Assembly: GCA_938005675.1 (NCBI GenBank)
Contig: CALKXH010000105.1
Coordinates: 5,714 to 69,713, forward strand
DNA: 64,000 bases
Reading direction: 5' to 3'
Origin: an uncultured Anaerolineae bacterium
GTDB lineage: Bacteria; Chloroflexota; Anaerolineae; Aggregatilineales; UBA2796
Shown here: in pieces, positions 1-9,372 of the stretch
Layout of the letters: every line of letters begins with the position of its first letter
How positions within the stretch are numbered: position 1 is the first letter of the stretch
The notes under the pieces: generated by a model
Databases searched by the model: none
Told to the model about the DNA's origin: nothing
What the model saw: only the letters and a program-made list of their open reading frames with translations
Translations under genes and position numbers: made by a program

Positions 1-674
1 CGGCTGCGCAAAAGCGGGATCAGGTTCAGCACGTCGTTGACGTCGGCGCCGCCCAAGTTATCGAAGCCCTCGCTGCCGCCGCCGCCCCGATATTGCGAGG
101 CGACCACCACAAAGCCCGCCTCGGCGAAGGGGATGAACTCGTAGCCGCGCAGCGCGCCGACGTCGCGGTTGCCGCCCCGATTGTAGATCAGGGCGGGGAA
201 CGTCCCCTCGCGGCGCGGCTCGGTCAGGAAGCCGTTGATGCGCAGTCCGTCGCTGTAATAGGTCAGGCGGTAGTAATTGGTGGCGTTAGTCTGGGCGTAG
301 AGCGTCAGGCTGAGGATGTCGCCGTTCTGGGGCTGGGCGGGCTGATCGGGCAGCCCTTCGGGGATCGGATCGGTGGCGCTGTGGACGGGCAACGCCTGCC
401 AATTGCCCTGAATGCGCAGGTAGCGGATCGCCAGCCAGCCCGCCGAGCCGCTGTAGCGCACGCGCAACCAAGCCGAGTCGGCGCTGCGGGCGAAGGCGGG
501 CAGAGTCGTGCCTGCCTCCAGCAGCGCGATCTCAGGATAGGTCGTGCCGGGTCCGCTGCGCAGACGCAGCAACGTCGTGGTAGTCACCGTGACCGATTCC
601 TGAGCCAGCGCCGTGCCGAAGATGCCGATCAAGAGCAGAGCCGCAATTAACAGGGCTGAGAAGCGCCGCGCCAT
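1..674 (-). CDS. Secreted SH3b-domain plus alpha/beta hydrolase (S9 peptidase-like) protein, truncated at the window edge
   Basis: Not in the ORF track; translated by hand from ATG at 674. Signal peptide MARRFSALLIAALLLIGIFGTALAQ, SH3b motif LRLRSGPGTTYPEI...GWLAIRYL, then LTYYSDGLRINGFL...PALIYNRGG...GFVVVASQYRGGGGSEG. Runs off position 1. Confidence 0.75.
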   Translation of the reverse strand, partial: MARRFSALLIAALLLIGIFGTALAQESVTVTTTTLLRLRSGPGTTYPEIALLEAGTTLPAFARSADSAWLRVRYSGSAGWLAIRYLRIQGNWQALPVHSATDPIPEGLPDQPAQPQNGDILSLTLYAQTNATNYYRLTYYSDGLRINGFLTEPRREGTFPALIYNRGGNRDVGALRGYEFIPFAEAGFVVVASQYRGGGGSEGFDNLGGADVNDVLNLIPLLRS

Positions 675-697
675 GTGCCATCATCCTTTGCGCGCTG

Positions 698-734
698 AAA
701 AAAATAGCGCGATCAGTTTAACACTGATCGCGCT
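698..734 (-). terminator. Rho-independent terminator after the BMP gene
   Basis: 12-bp stem agcgcgatcagt (706-717) / actgatcgcgct (723-734), followed on the minus strand by a T tract (plus-strand A run 698-704). Confidence 0.7.
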
Positions 735-756
735 GACTGAAAACACGGGATGGCGG

Positions 757-1797
757 TTACTCGGTCTTCTCTTCGATCATCTCGCCGGTCAGCGGATCGA
801 GCTTGCCGCTGAGCAGCAGCTCGGCGATCTCTTTCAGCTCTGCCTTGACCTCATCCGGCACGACGTCTTCGAAATCGTGGAAGGGCGCCAAGCCGACATC
901 GCCGACGTAATTGCCCGAAGGCGGCTCGCCCTCCGACCACAGCTTGATCAGATCGACCACACCCTTGGTGATCAGCTTCATGGCGCTGCTGATCAGGCAG
1001 GGATGCGCCGCCGGCACGGTCTCCCACTGATCGGTATCCACGCCGATGCAGTAGACGGGCTTCTCAGGCGTGGTCAGCTTGGCGACTTCTTCCAACGCGC
1101 CGTTGCCGGTCTTGCCGCCGGCGCCGAAGATCACGTCCGCGCCCTGATCGAAGGCTTGCTTAGCCGTCTGAGCGCCCCACTCCGGGTCGGTGAAGGCTTT
1201 GTCCAAGCCGCCGGGGTGGTAGGTCGAGATCAGGCGGATATTCGGGTTGGCGTAGCGCGCGCCCGCCTCGTAGCCTTCCTTGAAAGCGACCACAGGTGGC
1301 ACTTGGTCGGTGCCGAGCACGGCTGCCACGATGCCGCTCTTGCTCATGCGCGCGGCGAGGACGCCCGCCAAGAAGCCCGCCTTGGCTTCAGGGAAGATCA
1401 AGCCGACGACGTTCTTAACCTCTTCAACTTGGAACTGATCGACGCCGATGAAGTAGATATCGGGATACTGCGCCGCCGCCTTGATGGTCGCCTCGCCCAG
1501 CGCAAAGCCGACCGTGACGATCACCTCGCAGCCTGCCTCCGCCAGAGTTTGGATGTTGCTGGCGTAGTCGGTGGCGTTTTGCGTCTCGATGTAGGCTTCT
1601 TCGCCGTCCAGCAGCTCAGCCGCCGCCACAACGCCTTCCCAAGCGCTCTGATTGAAGCTGCGGTCGTCGATCTCGCCCACGTCGGTCACAAGGCAGAGCT
1701 TCGAACCGGCGGCGCGGCTCGGCTGCGCCACGACGCCCAACTGCAAGGCGGTCAGGGCAAGCACTGCCACAAGGGTAATGCCCAAAATGCGTTTCAT
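757..1797 (-). CDS. BMP family (PnrA/TmpC-like) ABC substrate-binding protein
   Basis: Motifs DVGEIDDRSFNQSAWEG, AGFLAGVLAA, ADVIFGAGGKTGNGAL, CIGVDTDQ. Start at MKRILGITL (ATG 1797) with a signal peptide. Confidence 0.9.
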   Translation of the reverse strand: MKRILGITLVAVLALTALQLGVVAQPSRAAGSKLCLVTDVGEIDDRSFNQSAWEGVVAAAELLDGEEAYIETQNATDYASNIQTLAEAGCEVIVTVGFALGEATIKAAAQYPDIYFIGVDQFQVEEVKNVVGLIFPEAKAGFLAGVLAARMSKSGIVAAVLGTDQVPPVVAFKEGYEAGARYANPNIRLISTYHPGGLDKAFTDPEWGAQTAKQAFDQGADVIFGAGGKTGNGALEEVAKLTTPEKPVYCIGVDTDQWETVPAAHPCLISSAMKLITKGVVDLIKLWSEGEPPSGNYVGDVGLAPFHDFEDVVPDEVKAELKEIAELLLSGKLDPLTGEMIEEKTE

Positions 1798-1845
1798 AAG
1801 TCTCGTCTCTCCGTAAAAGGCTAAGCAGCTCCACACGGGCTGCAC

Positions 1846-1885
1846 TTTACAGGCTAATTGTAAACGCTGCGCGCCGATTCTTCAA
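1846..1885 (-). promoter_or_regulatory. Sigma70-like promoter for the BMP gene, overlapped by an inverted repeat
   Basis: Minus strand TTGAAG (1885-1880), 17 bp, TACAAT (1862-1857). TTTACA-N7-TGTAAA palindrome at 1846-1864 covers the -10 box and start region. Confidence 0.5.
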
Positions 1886-1945
1886 CTGCGGCAAGGCGCT
1901 TTGTTCAGAATGCTAGAGAGGCGGGATCGGGAGTCGCTTCAGCTG

Positions 1946-3076
1946 CTAGCGCGCGTTGAGTTGGAGGGTGAATTCGCCCTCGGTGATGCCCGTCTCGGCG
2001 TTGAAGCGCGAGACGACGAGGATGTACTCGCCATCGCGGGGCAGGCGGTAGCCCGCGATGCGCGCCGATTGTCCGCGCACGCCCTCGCTCTGCTCAGCCA
2101 GCGGCACGAGGTCGGCGCTGAAGAGCGCCACGGTCGGATCGAGGTTGCCGCGCGTGCGCGTGACCTGCACATCCAAAAGCAAGCCCGCCTGCCCTTGAAT
2201 CAGGTAGTAGCGGCGGACGGCGTCGCGGCTGATGCGCCCGACCACGCGCTCGCCGAAATCCAGTAAAATGGCGCGTTCGGGCGTCAGACCGAGCTGATCG
2301 GGCGGCACGCGCGTGAGCAGCAGGCTGTACGCCCCGCGCGAGCTGCCGCCCTCGCCGCCGAAGCGCGTGGCGACCAGCAGATAGCTGGCGGTCAGCGGCA
2401 CGCGCCACTCCACGATGGCGGCGTCCAGCGTGCCGCGCCTATCGGGCGCTTCATCGTTGATGAGCAGCACGTTGCCTTCGGCGTCGGCGAGGATCAGCAC
2501 CGAGTCGAGGTCGCCGCTGATGCGCGTCATGCGCAAGGTGATCAGATCGCCGCGCAGCGCCGCGAAGGTGTAGATGTGTTGCGGCTGCGCGTCGCTCAGC
2601 TCGCGGACGGCGGCTTCATCGTAGCGCAGGGGGAAGGTCTCCGCCTCGAGTTCGGGGTCGGCGGCGACGCCGACGCGCTCTAGGCTCAGGCTGAAGCGCC
2701 CGGTGGTTGTGCCTTGCGCCTGCCCAAAGCGGGTAGCGATCACGAAGTAAGTCTCAGTGCGCGGCAAAACGATGGCGCTCAGGGCGGCGTTCAAGCCGTC
2801 GCCTCCGTCGTCGTCGCGCGCGATCAGCGCGTTAGCGCTATCCAAGAGCAGCAAGGCGGGATCGAGGTTGCCGTCCAGACGGCGCATGACCACGTCCACG
2901 ATCTCGCCTTGTTGCCCTTCGAAGGCGTAGACCGTGCGAAAGGCTTCGTTGGTGATGCGCCCTTCGACGGTCTGCCCGTAAGCGAGGGTGTTGCCTTGCG
3001 CCGCGCTGGGTTGGGCGGGCGCAAGGCAGGCGATCAGGCACAGCAGCGAGCAGAGGGCGTAGGTCAGGCGCGACAT
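1946..3076 (-). CDS. Secreted protein with three PPC-like (pre-peptidase C-terminal) repeats
   Basis: Three repeats: YAFEGQQGEIV..GNLDPALLLLD, YTFAALRGDLI..GDLDSVLILAD, YLIQGQAGLLL..GNLDPTVALFS. N-terminal signal peptide. Alternative start at 3097. Confidence 0.75.
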   Translation of the reverse strand: MSRLTYALCSLLCLIACLAPAQPSAAQGNTLAYGQTVEGRITNEAFRTVYAFEGQQGEIVDVVMRRLDGNLDPALLLLDSANALIARDDDGGDGLNAALSAIVLPRTETYFVIATRFGQAQGTTTGRFSLSLERVGVAADPELEAETFPLRYDEAAVRELSDAQPQHIYTFAALRGDLITLRMTRISGDLDSVLILADAEGNVLLINDEAPDRRGTLDAAIVEWRVPLTASYLLVATRFGGEGGSSRGAYSLLLTRVPPDQLGLTPERAILLDFGERVVGRISRDAVRRYYLIQGQAGLLLDVQVTRTRGNLDPTVALFSADLVPLAEQSEGVRGQSARIAGYRLPRDGEYILVVSRFNAETGITEGEFTLQLNAR

Positions 3077-3100
3077 GAGCTGTGCCAAGCCGATCAAGGG

Positions 3101-4816
3101 TTAGAAGAACGTCGAGAGATCGAGGTAGACTTGGCGGATGTTATCGACCTTGCCTTCGTAGAAGGCGCCGCGTCCGCGATCAGCGATGATGCGCAACGGA
3201 CGCAAGCCCGTCTCTTCCAGATCGTAGCCGATGGTGAAGATCGAGACGTCGGCGGGGCTTTCGGCGTTCATCCCGAAGCGATCCATCAGCTGGGTGGCAT
3301 CGCGGAAGCGCGTGCTGTTGGTATCCTCGCCGTCGGTCAGCACCACGATGGCGTTGATCGCATCGCGGCTGAGCTGCCCCTGCTGGCGCTCGATGGCGAA
3401 GGCGATGGAGTCGTACAGGGCGGTGCCGCCGCCGGGCGTCAGGGTGAGGATATCGCGCTTGATGCGCTCGCGGTTCGGTCCGACCTGCAAATTATCGAAG
3501 ACGACCGTCTGGTTTTCGTTGAAGGCGATCAAGGTCAGCCGATCATTCTCGCCCAGCTGATCGACGAAGGCGGCGGCGCCTTCGCGGGCGTTCTGGATGC
3601 GGTTGCGCTCACGCATACTGCCTGAGACGTCAAAGACCAGCGTCATATTGACCGGGCGTTTGGTCTGCCCCCACAAGTCGCGGATGGCGCGGATGGTGGC
3701 GGCGCTCGGCACAGCGAGGGTCGTTTGCGGTTGGCGCGGATCGACGCCGTTCTCAGGCGTGAAGGGCGCGGTGAGCGGGATGTTGGGATCGGCGGGACGG
3801 AAGCCGAACTCAAGGGCGCGGCGCTGCTGCGCCTCTTGGAGCAGGAACTTGCGGTACAGCTCGGCGGCTTCGCGCAGCTCGGCGGTCATGTAGGGCTTAT
3901 CGGGGATGCAGGCGGGGTGATCGTTGAGCAGCGTGCCTTCCTTCGGATAGATCGCCACGACGGGGAACTCAAGGCGGTTGCGCTTTTGCGGATCGCTGTT
4001 CTGCTCGATCACCACGTTCTCGTAGACAATGGCGGCGCTGAGGTAAGCGGTGCCGCGCCGCCCCATAGCATCGCCGAAGAAGCCGGTGCTGCGCCCGTAA
4101 TGGGCGATGGCGCCCTCGATTTGGCGCATGAACTGCTGCACTTCGGGCTTGGCGATGTCCTCAGGCGTCAAGCCGCGCTGTTTTTGGGCAGCGGCGTAGG
4201 CGATGGTCACAATCGATTGCAAGCCGCTGTTGGAGAAATCCGGGTGGGTATGCCCGAAGCGGAAGCGCCCCCATTGCGGCTTGCCGTAATCCGCCCAGCC
4301 GTTGGGGCTGAGCGCCAATTCGAGCAGATTCGACCAGCCGATGGGCTGCTCAGGATAGCCCAGCGCCTCCGCCATCGGTCGCCACATCATGATGACAGTC
4401 GGGCTGATGACCAGGTCGCGGCACTCGCCTTCATCGACTAGCGGCTTGCCGATGCGGTTCAGGTTCGCCTCATTGACGACCGGCAAGGTCAGGCGGCTGG
4501 CAGGACTCCACAAGGCGGGCTGAGTGCGCTCCTCGACGATATCGATGCCGCTCTCGACCGAGCCGAAGGGCTGCGGATCGACCACGATCAGTTTGCCGGA
4601 GCTGGTGCGTGAGTTGCTGGCGTTGAAAGTTTGAGTGACCGCCTTGACCCAGGCGTCTTTCTCGCTGCCGTAGGTGAACAGGACGCGCACGGCGTCGCGC
4701 GAGGGCGCCGTTGAGATGATCGGATCGACTCCGCCGCCGCTGCACGCCGAGACGATCAGGGCGATCAGGCCGAGCAGCAAACCTGCGCGGCGCAAGCCGA
4801 AATTACGCTTTTGCAT
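3101..4816 (-). CDS. Lipoprotein: extracellular solute-binding domain plus C-terminal VWA domain
   Basis: Lipobox LIVSA-C after MQKRNFG (ATG 4816). SBP motifs YGSEK, WSPAS, HTHPDFSNSG, YPKEGTLLNDHP. VWA MIDAS DVSGSM, TALYD, VLTDGED. Confidence 0.9.
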   Translation of the reverse strand: MQKRNFGLRRAGLLLGLIALIVSACSGGGVDPIISTAPSRDAVRVLFTYGSEKDAWVKAVTQTFNASNSRTSSGKLIVVDPQPFGSVESGIDIVEERTQPALWSPASRLTLPVVNEANLNRIGKPLVDEGECRDLVISPTVIMMWRPMAEALGYPEQPIGWSNLLELALSPNGWADYGKPQWGRFRFGHTHPDFSNSGLQSIVTIAYAAAQKQRGLTPEDIAKPEVQQFMRQIEGAIAHYGRSTGFFGDAMGRRGTAYLSAAIVYENVVIEQNSDPQKRNRLEFPVVAIYPKEGTLLNDHPACIPDKPYMTAELREAAELYRKFLLQEAQQRRALEFGFRPADPNIPLTAPFTPENGVDPRQPQTTLAVPSAATIRAIRDLWGQTKRPVNMTLVFDVSGSMRERNRIQNAREGAAAFVDQLGENDRLTLIAFNENQTVVFDNLQVGPNRERIKRDILTLTPGGGTALYDSIAFAIERQQGQLSRDAINAIVVLTDGEDTNSTRFRDATQLMDRFGMNAESPADVSIFTIGYDLEETGLRPLRIIADRGRGAFYEGKVDNIRQVYLDLSTFF

Positions 4817-4833
4817 CGGAACGACCTTTCTGA

Positions 4834-6054
4834 CTAGTTCACTGCACGATTCCAGATGGTCAGTATCTGTTTGAGCGTGTTGCCATCGGGCTGCACAATC
4901 GTCTGCCCGATGTTGTTGCTGACGCCCATGGCGCGGATGTTGGGATCGTTGAAGGGCGAGCCTTCCACGAAGAGCGGCACGTCTGTATCCGAGGGGCGGT
5001 AGCCGTAGACGCGCGCCAACTCTTGCATTTCGCGGCTGAGCAGGAAGTTTTGGTAGAGTTTCGCCGCCTCCCGCTGCTGGGGCGTGAAGGACGGGTGATC
5101 GATCAGGCACATCGGATGCTCTGAGTACAAGTTATACTTCGGGTAGACTACCCGCAGTGGGATGCCGTGCCGATTGATGGCGATCTGCGCGTTTTCAATC
5201 GCCAGCGCCTCGTGCAGGATGACGAGATCGTAAGTGGCGGGTCCTTGGCGCATCATGGAGTCCATCAAGACGCCTGAGCTGTTGAGTGGCTCGATGGAGA
5301 TCGCCTTGGCGATGCGCCGCGCATACTCAGCGAACTTCGGATCGCTCAGCTCGGCGACGGTGGCGGCTGCTGTGCGGTTGAGATAGGCGTAGGTCAGCCC
5401 CATCAGGAACATGAAGCCGCCGTTCGACTCGTTCGGATTGGCGTAGCCGACCTTCAGCAAGCCCCAGTTCGGATCGCCGCCGATCTCGCCCCAGCGCCCG
5501 CCTTTCGGCTCGCTCAGAGCGTCTTCAAGGTTATCGAAGGTGATGCCGCCTCGATCTTTGTAGAAAGCTTCGAAGGCGTCGGCGCGGTCTTTCCACATGA
5601 TGAAGGCGAGCGGCGAGAGGACGAGGTCTTTGCATTGCGTGGCGAACTCACGCCCCTGATCAGTGTTCAAGAGCGCCACTTGAATGCGCCCGCCCGGACT
5701 CCACAAGATCGGCAAGGGGCGGTTGCGCCAATAGGTCGGGCTGCTGTCCACCACGTTGCTCAAGGCGCGGTAGGACTCCATCGATCCTTCGCCCAGCAGC
5801 TCGACATCGATGTTGGGATACTGCGCTTTGAAGCGTTGGGTGGCATCTTCCAGCCAGCGGCGCTTTTCTGTACCGTAGCTGACCACAATTTTGACTGTGC
5901 TGGCTAAAACCGCTTTGCGCGCTGCAACGGTAGCGGTCGCATCGCGTTCGGCTTGCTCCTCAGGCGTGATGGGCTGATTGTTCAGAGCGATGATCGCCAT
6001 GATCATCATCGAGACGCCCAGAATGGCTAAAAACATAACGCGCGAGCGTGGCAT
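4834..6054 (-). CDS. Membrane-anchored solute-binding domain protein, paralogous to the SBP half of the downstream gene, no VWA
   Basis: YGTEK, WSPGG, LVLSPL, ANPNESNGG, YPKYNLYSEHP, FLLSREMQELARVYGYRP all align with the neighbour. N-terminal hydrophobic helix. Confidence 0.8.
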   Translation of the reverse strand: MPRSRVMFLAILGVSMMIMAIIALNNQPITPEEQAERDATATVAARKAVLASTVKIVVSYGTEKRRWLEDATQRFKAQYPNIDVELLGEGSMESYRALSNVVDSSPTYWRNRPLPILWSPGGRIQVALLNTDQGREFATQCKDLVLSPLAFIMWKDRADAFEAFYKDRGGITFDNLEDALSEPKGGRWGEIGGDPNWGLLKVGYANPNESNGGFMFLMGLTYAYLNRTAAATVAELSDPKFAEYARRIAKAISIEPLNSSGVLMDSMMRQGPATYDLVILHEALAIENAQIAINRHGIPLRVVYPKYNLYSEHPMCLIDHPSFTPQQREAAKLYQNFLLSREMQELARVYGYRPSDTDVPLFVEGSPFNDPNIRAMGVSNNIGQTIVQPDGNTLKQILTIWNRAVN

Positions 6055-6256
6055 AGCAGCTCCTTTTGACAGTGTCTTGCGCTCGGACCGGATAAAGATT
6101 TTGTGTTCCTGTCTGCCCTCAACTTTAGCGCACTTTTTGTGAAAGGTGTGTTAAAGCCCAGCCTCGCTACAAAATCCTCCCAATTTTGCGGCGCTTTGTG
6201 CGCTTAGCACAAGCCTGCCAAAGTTAACTTATCATCATTTGCTAATCTTCAAGTTA

Positions 6257-6285
6257 TTGACCAACCTTCGAAAAAAGTGTAACAT
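6257..6285 (+). promoter_or_regulatory. Sigma70-like promoter for the sigma factor gene
   Basis: TTGACC (6257-6262), 17 bp, TAACAT (6280-6285) in an AT-rich intergenic region. AAGGAG RBS precedes ATG 6374. Confidence 0.6.
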
Positions 6286-6373
6286 GGGTGCAATAAGCAT
6301 TCGACAACTCTAAAGGTTCGCGAAAAACCTTTTCTTGCGAGACTGAGCGAGATTTACGCAAGGAGTTAAGCCA

Positions 6374-7393
6374 ATGACGAAGCACACCTCACAGCCCCAC
6401 AAGCCCGTTGACGACACATATGCAGGCGAGGAGTCGAGCATCAGCGAGTACGTCGAGCGCACTGCCCGCCCGATGCCCGATATGGACTCCGACCTTGTAC
6501 AATTCTACTTCCGCGATATCCGCCCGATCTCCGCACCGCTCTCGGCGGAGACCGAACGGTTGCTGGCGCGCGATGTGCAGCTCGGTCAGCAGGCGCGCCA
6601 ACGTTTGCAAAACGATCCGAACCTCTCCGAGCAAGATCGCGCCGCGCTGGAGCTGATGGTTGAAGTTGGCAATAAAGCCCGCCAAGAGCTGATCATGGCG
6701 AACACCCGCCTCGTCGTCAGCATCGCCAAGACCTATCAAGGGCGCGGACTCTCCCTCGCGGACTTGATCCAAGAGGGCAATCTCGGCTTGATGAAGGCCG
6801 TCGACCGCTTTGACCCGGATCGGGGCGTGCGGCTCAGCACCTACGCCACTTGGTGGATTCGCCAGACCATCGCCCGCGCCGCCGGCGATAGCGGGCGCAC
6901 CATCCGCCTGCCCATCAATCAGGGGCAGCGCTGGGGCAGGCTGCGCCGCACCTTCGAAGAGCTCTCTCAGCAGCTGGGGCGCGAGCCGAACTACGAGGAA
7001 CTCGCCGCCGCCGCCGATCTGACCGTTGAGCAGGTGCAAGCGACCCTGATCGCTGCCCGCGAGCCGATGCAGATCGACGAGTTGGCGGGCGACGAAGAAG
7101 ACCGCCCCCGCGAGGACTTGTTAGCCGATACCGAAGGCGAGCTGCCCGAACAAGCCACCAGCCGCCAGCTGCTCTCGGAGGCGATTGAGCGCTTGCTGAA
7201 CATGCTGCCGCAGCGCGAGGCTGAAATCCTGCGCCTGCGCTATGGCTTTGAGGACGGCGAAAATCACAGCATGGCGCAAATCGGCGAGATCATGGGCTAC
7301 AGCCGCGAGCGCATCCGCCAATTGCAGCACGAGGCGCTCTACAAGCTGCGGATGCTCGACCGCAACATGCAGCTCGCCGAATATCTCGATTAG
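6374..7393 (+). CDS. Sigma-70 family RNA polymerase sigma factor (RpoD/SigA-like, lacking region 1.1)
   Basis: Region 1.2 [10 protein letters not shown]. Region 2 [41 protein letters not shown]. Region 4 [18 protein letters not shown]. Confidence 0.95.
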   Translation: MTKHTSQPHKPVDDTYAGEESSISEYVERTARPMPDMDSDLVQFYFRDIRPISAPLSAETERLLARDVQLGQQARQRLQNDPNLSEQDRAALELMVEVGNKARQELIMANTRLVVSIAKTYQGRGLSLADLIQEGNLGLMKAVDRFDPDRGVRLSTYATWWIRQTIARAAGDSGRTIRLPINQGQRWGRLRRTFEELSQQLGREPNYEELAAAADLTVEQVQATLIAAREPMQIDELAGDEEDRPREDLLADTEGELPEQATSRQLLSEAIERLLNMLPQREAEILRLRYGFEDGENHSMAQIGEIMGYSRERIRQLQHEALYKLRMLDRNMQLAEYLD

Positions 7394-7406
7394 CTTCCTT
7401 CCTCCG

Positions 7407-7443
7407 CTCACAGAGGTCGCCCGAAAACGACCTCTGTGAGTTT
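7407..7443. terminator. Terminator hairpin between convergent genes
   Basis: 13-bp perfect stem ctcacagaggtcg (7407-7419) / cgacctctgtgag (7428-7440), followed by ttt. Confidence 0.75.
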
Positions 7444-9372
7444 CTAGCGCCGCCCGCTTGGCACTTGTTCTACGCCGTAGATGTCGGCGCGCACCCATAC
7501 GATCACGCGCTTATCGAACTGCGGGGCGAGGCGCGTCTGTCGATCATACAGCCAAGCGATGATATCCCAGTATTGCAGCGTGCTGAGGAACCAACTGCTC
7601 TGCGTGGCAAGGCGCTGCCCGACGTAATCAGCGCCCAGAATTGGCTCCGGCGCCACGCCGATAGCAATCGGCGCATTCACCGCGCTGGAGAGGACGTCCA
7701 CCAAGCGATGGTTGGGGAAGCGTTGCAGCGCCCAGCGCAAGGGCGCGTTGTTCTCCACAGCGGCGCGCTCCACCACAATCTCCGCCATAGTCGGCTTGCC
7801 CGTAGCGCGCAACGATGCCGTCTCCAGCGTCTCAACCAGCAAATTCAGGTTGCGCGAGCTCGGATTGACGTGCCACAGCTCGCGCGGGTCGTCAAATTTG
7901 CTCACGGCGGCTTGCCAGCCTGCGTTGAAGCTGTAGATGCCCAGCAACATCAGCAGCCCGATGCCCGTGCCGTGCCACGCCGCCCGCGCGCCCCAGATGC
8001 TGCCGACCAAGAAGAAGGTGATCACGCTGAGCGCCAACGCCAAAAAGATCATCAACGCGCGCATCAGGTCTTGCTGCTGCAGCGACGGGAAGAGTTCGGG
8101 CATCAGGCTCAGCGTCACCCGCCCGACGTGAATCAGATTCACGCCCGCGATCAGCAGCGTTGCCACCAGCAGGACTGCGTGTAGGTAAGGCGCCCACGTC
8201 GGCACGTGCCAGTAGCGGTCTTGCACTGGCGCAAGCGCCCGCACAATCGCAAAAGTCGAGAGTCCCGCCAAGGGGAGGGTCAGCCACAGCGCGTGATCGG
8301 CGACTCCGCCGGCGTAGACCAAGCTCGCCACCACCGCCGCGATCAGCCAGCCGATCAGCGCCCGTCCGATGAACTGCTCAGCGAAGGGCGTCTCCTCGGC
8401 GTTCGCCGTCAAGACGAAATAGACGCCCGCCAAGCCGAACAGCCAAAAGATCGGCTCGTAGACGAGCGAGCTGAGCAGCGGGAAGATGAAGGGCGCGTCC
8501 GCCGTGCCGACCAGAATGCCGCGCAAGCCCGCTTCAAGGGCTGCCCCGACGTGCGCCAAGCCGCTCGGCAAAGTGAAGAGCGCCGTGCTGCCGCCCAGCA
8601 GCGCAAGAGCGGCGGCGATGCCCATCTTGGGCAGCGGCAACGCCTCACGGACTTGCCGCCACGCCGCTTGTAGCTCGCCTTCGCCGTCGCTGAGCGTCCA
8701 CAGGGCGAAGAGCGCGCCGACGCTCAGCATCAGGAGCATCAAGCCCCCGGCTGGCTCAGCGCCCAGCGCGGTCAGCGCCGCCGCGCCCGCCCCGACGATA
8801 GCGTAGCGCTCGCGGCGCGTCTCGGCGAAGCGCGCGAACGCCCACGCCGTCAGCAACGCCGTGAAAAGCGCCCAGACCGTCCCGCTCATGCTCCGCGAGG
8901 CGATCAGTAAAGCGGGCGAGATCGCCAAAAGCGCCATGAGGATCACAGTCTGCGCCGCGCCCAGCCAACGTCGGAAGGCGAGCGGCATGAAGACGACCGC
9001 CATGCCCGCCATGAGCGTCCCGATGCGCGCGATGGCGTTCTGCGCGCCACCGAAGCTCATCAACAGGGCATTGACGCTGAAGCCGAGCGGCTGCAGCGAG
9101 GCGGGCGGCTCGCCGACGGCGTTCGGGTTGATGGCGTGCCACGCTGCCAGCGCCTCACGCGCCTCAGCCTGCTTCAGCGGGATCAGATCGAGTTCGGGCA
9201 GGCGGATGATCGCCGCGAACAGCACAATGGCGATGTAACAGATCGCCTCTAACGAGAGCGCGGGCTGAAACCCGCGCGCCTCCGCCTGCGGCTCAGGCGG
9301 CGACTCGGCGGTAGTCTGTCTGGGTTCAAGTTCTAGAGCTTCCATTGCCCTGAAAAGTCTCCATAGGGTCAT
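7444..9372 (-). CDS. Polytopic GT-C fold membrane protein (PMT-like; resembles TIGR03663 family)
   Basis: About 12 hydrophobic segments. N-terminal AAIIRLPEL..EAREAL loop, ALLAISPALLIASR motif, soluble C-terminal domain. ATGA overlap with the upstream DUF2298 gene. Confidence 0.65.
   Translation of the reverse strand: MTLWRLFRAMEALELEPRQTTAESPPEPQAEARGFQPALSLEAICYIAIVLFAAIIRLPELDLIPLKQAEAREALAAWHAINPNAVGEPPASLQPLGFSVNALLMSFGGAQNAIARIGTLMAGMAVVFMPLAFRRWLGAAQTVILMALLAISPALLIASRSMSGTVWALFTALLTAWAFARFAETRRERYAIVGAGAAALTALGAEPAGGLMLLMLSVGALFALWTLSDGEGELQAAWRQVREALPLPKMGIAAALALLGGSTALFTLPSGLAHVGAALEAGLRGILVGTADAPFIFPLLSSLVYEPIFWLFGLAGVYFVLTANAEETPFAEQFIGRALIGWLIAAVVASLVYAGGVADHALWLTLPLAGLSTFAIVRALAPVQDRYWHVPTWAPYLHAVLLVATLLIAGVNLIHVGRVTLSLMPELFPSLQQQDLMRALMIFLALALSVITFFLVGSIWGARAAWHGTGIGLLMLLGIYSFNAGWQAAVSKFDDPRELWHVNPSSRNLNLLVETLETASLRATGKPTMAEIVVERAAVENNAPLRWALQRFPNHRLVDVLSSAVNAPIAIGVAPEPILGADYVGQRLATQSSWFLSTLQYWDIIAWLYDRQTRLAPQFDKRVIVWVRADIYGVEQVPSGRR

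Noticed and set aside
4817-5110. Long N-terminal extensions in the ORF track (3101-5110, 36241-38472, 54873-55706, 58346-59281, 13883-19744)
   Set aside because: They overlap neighbouring genes or terminators. Downstream starts give proper signal peptides, lipoboxes or stop/start coupling.
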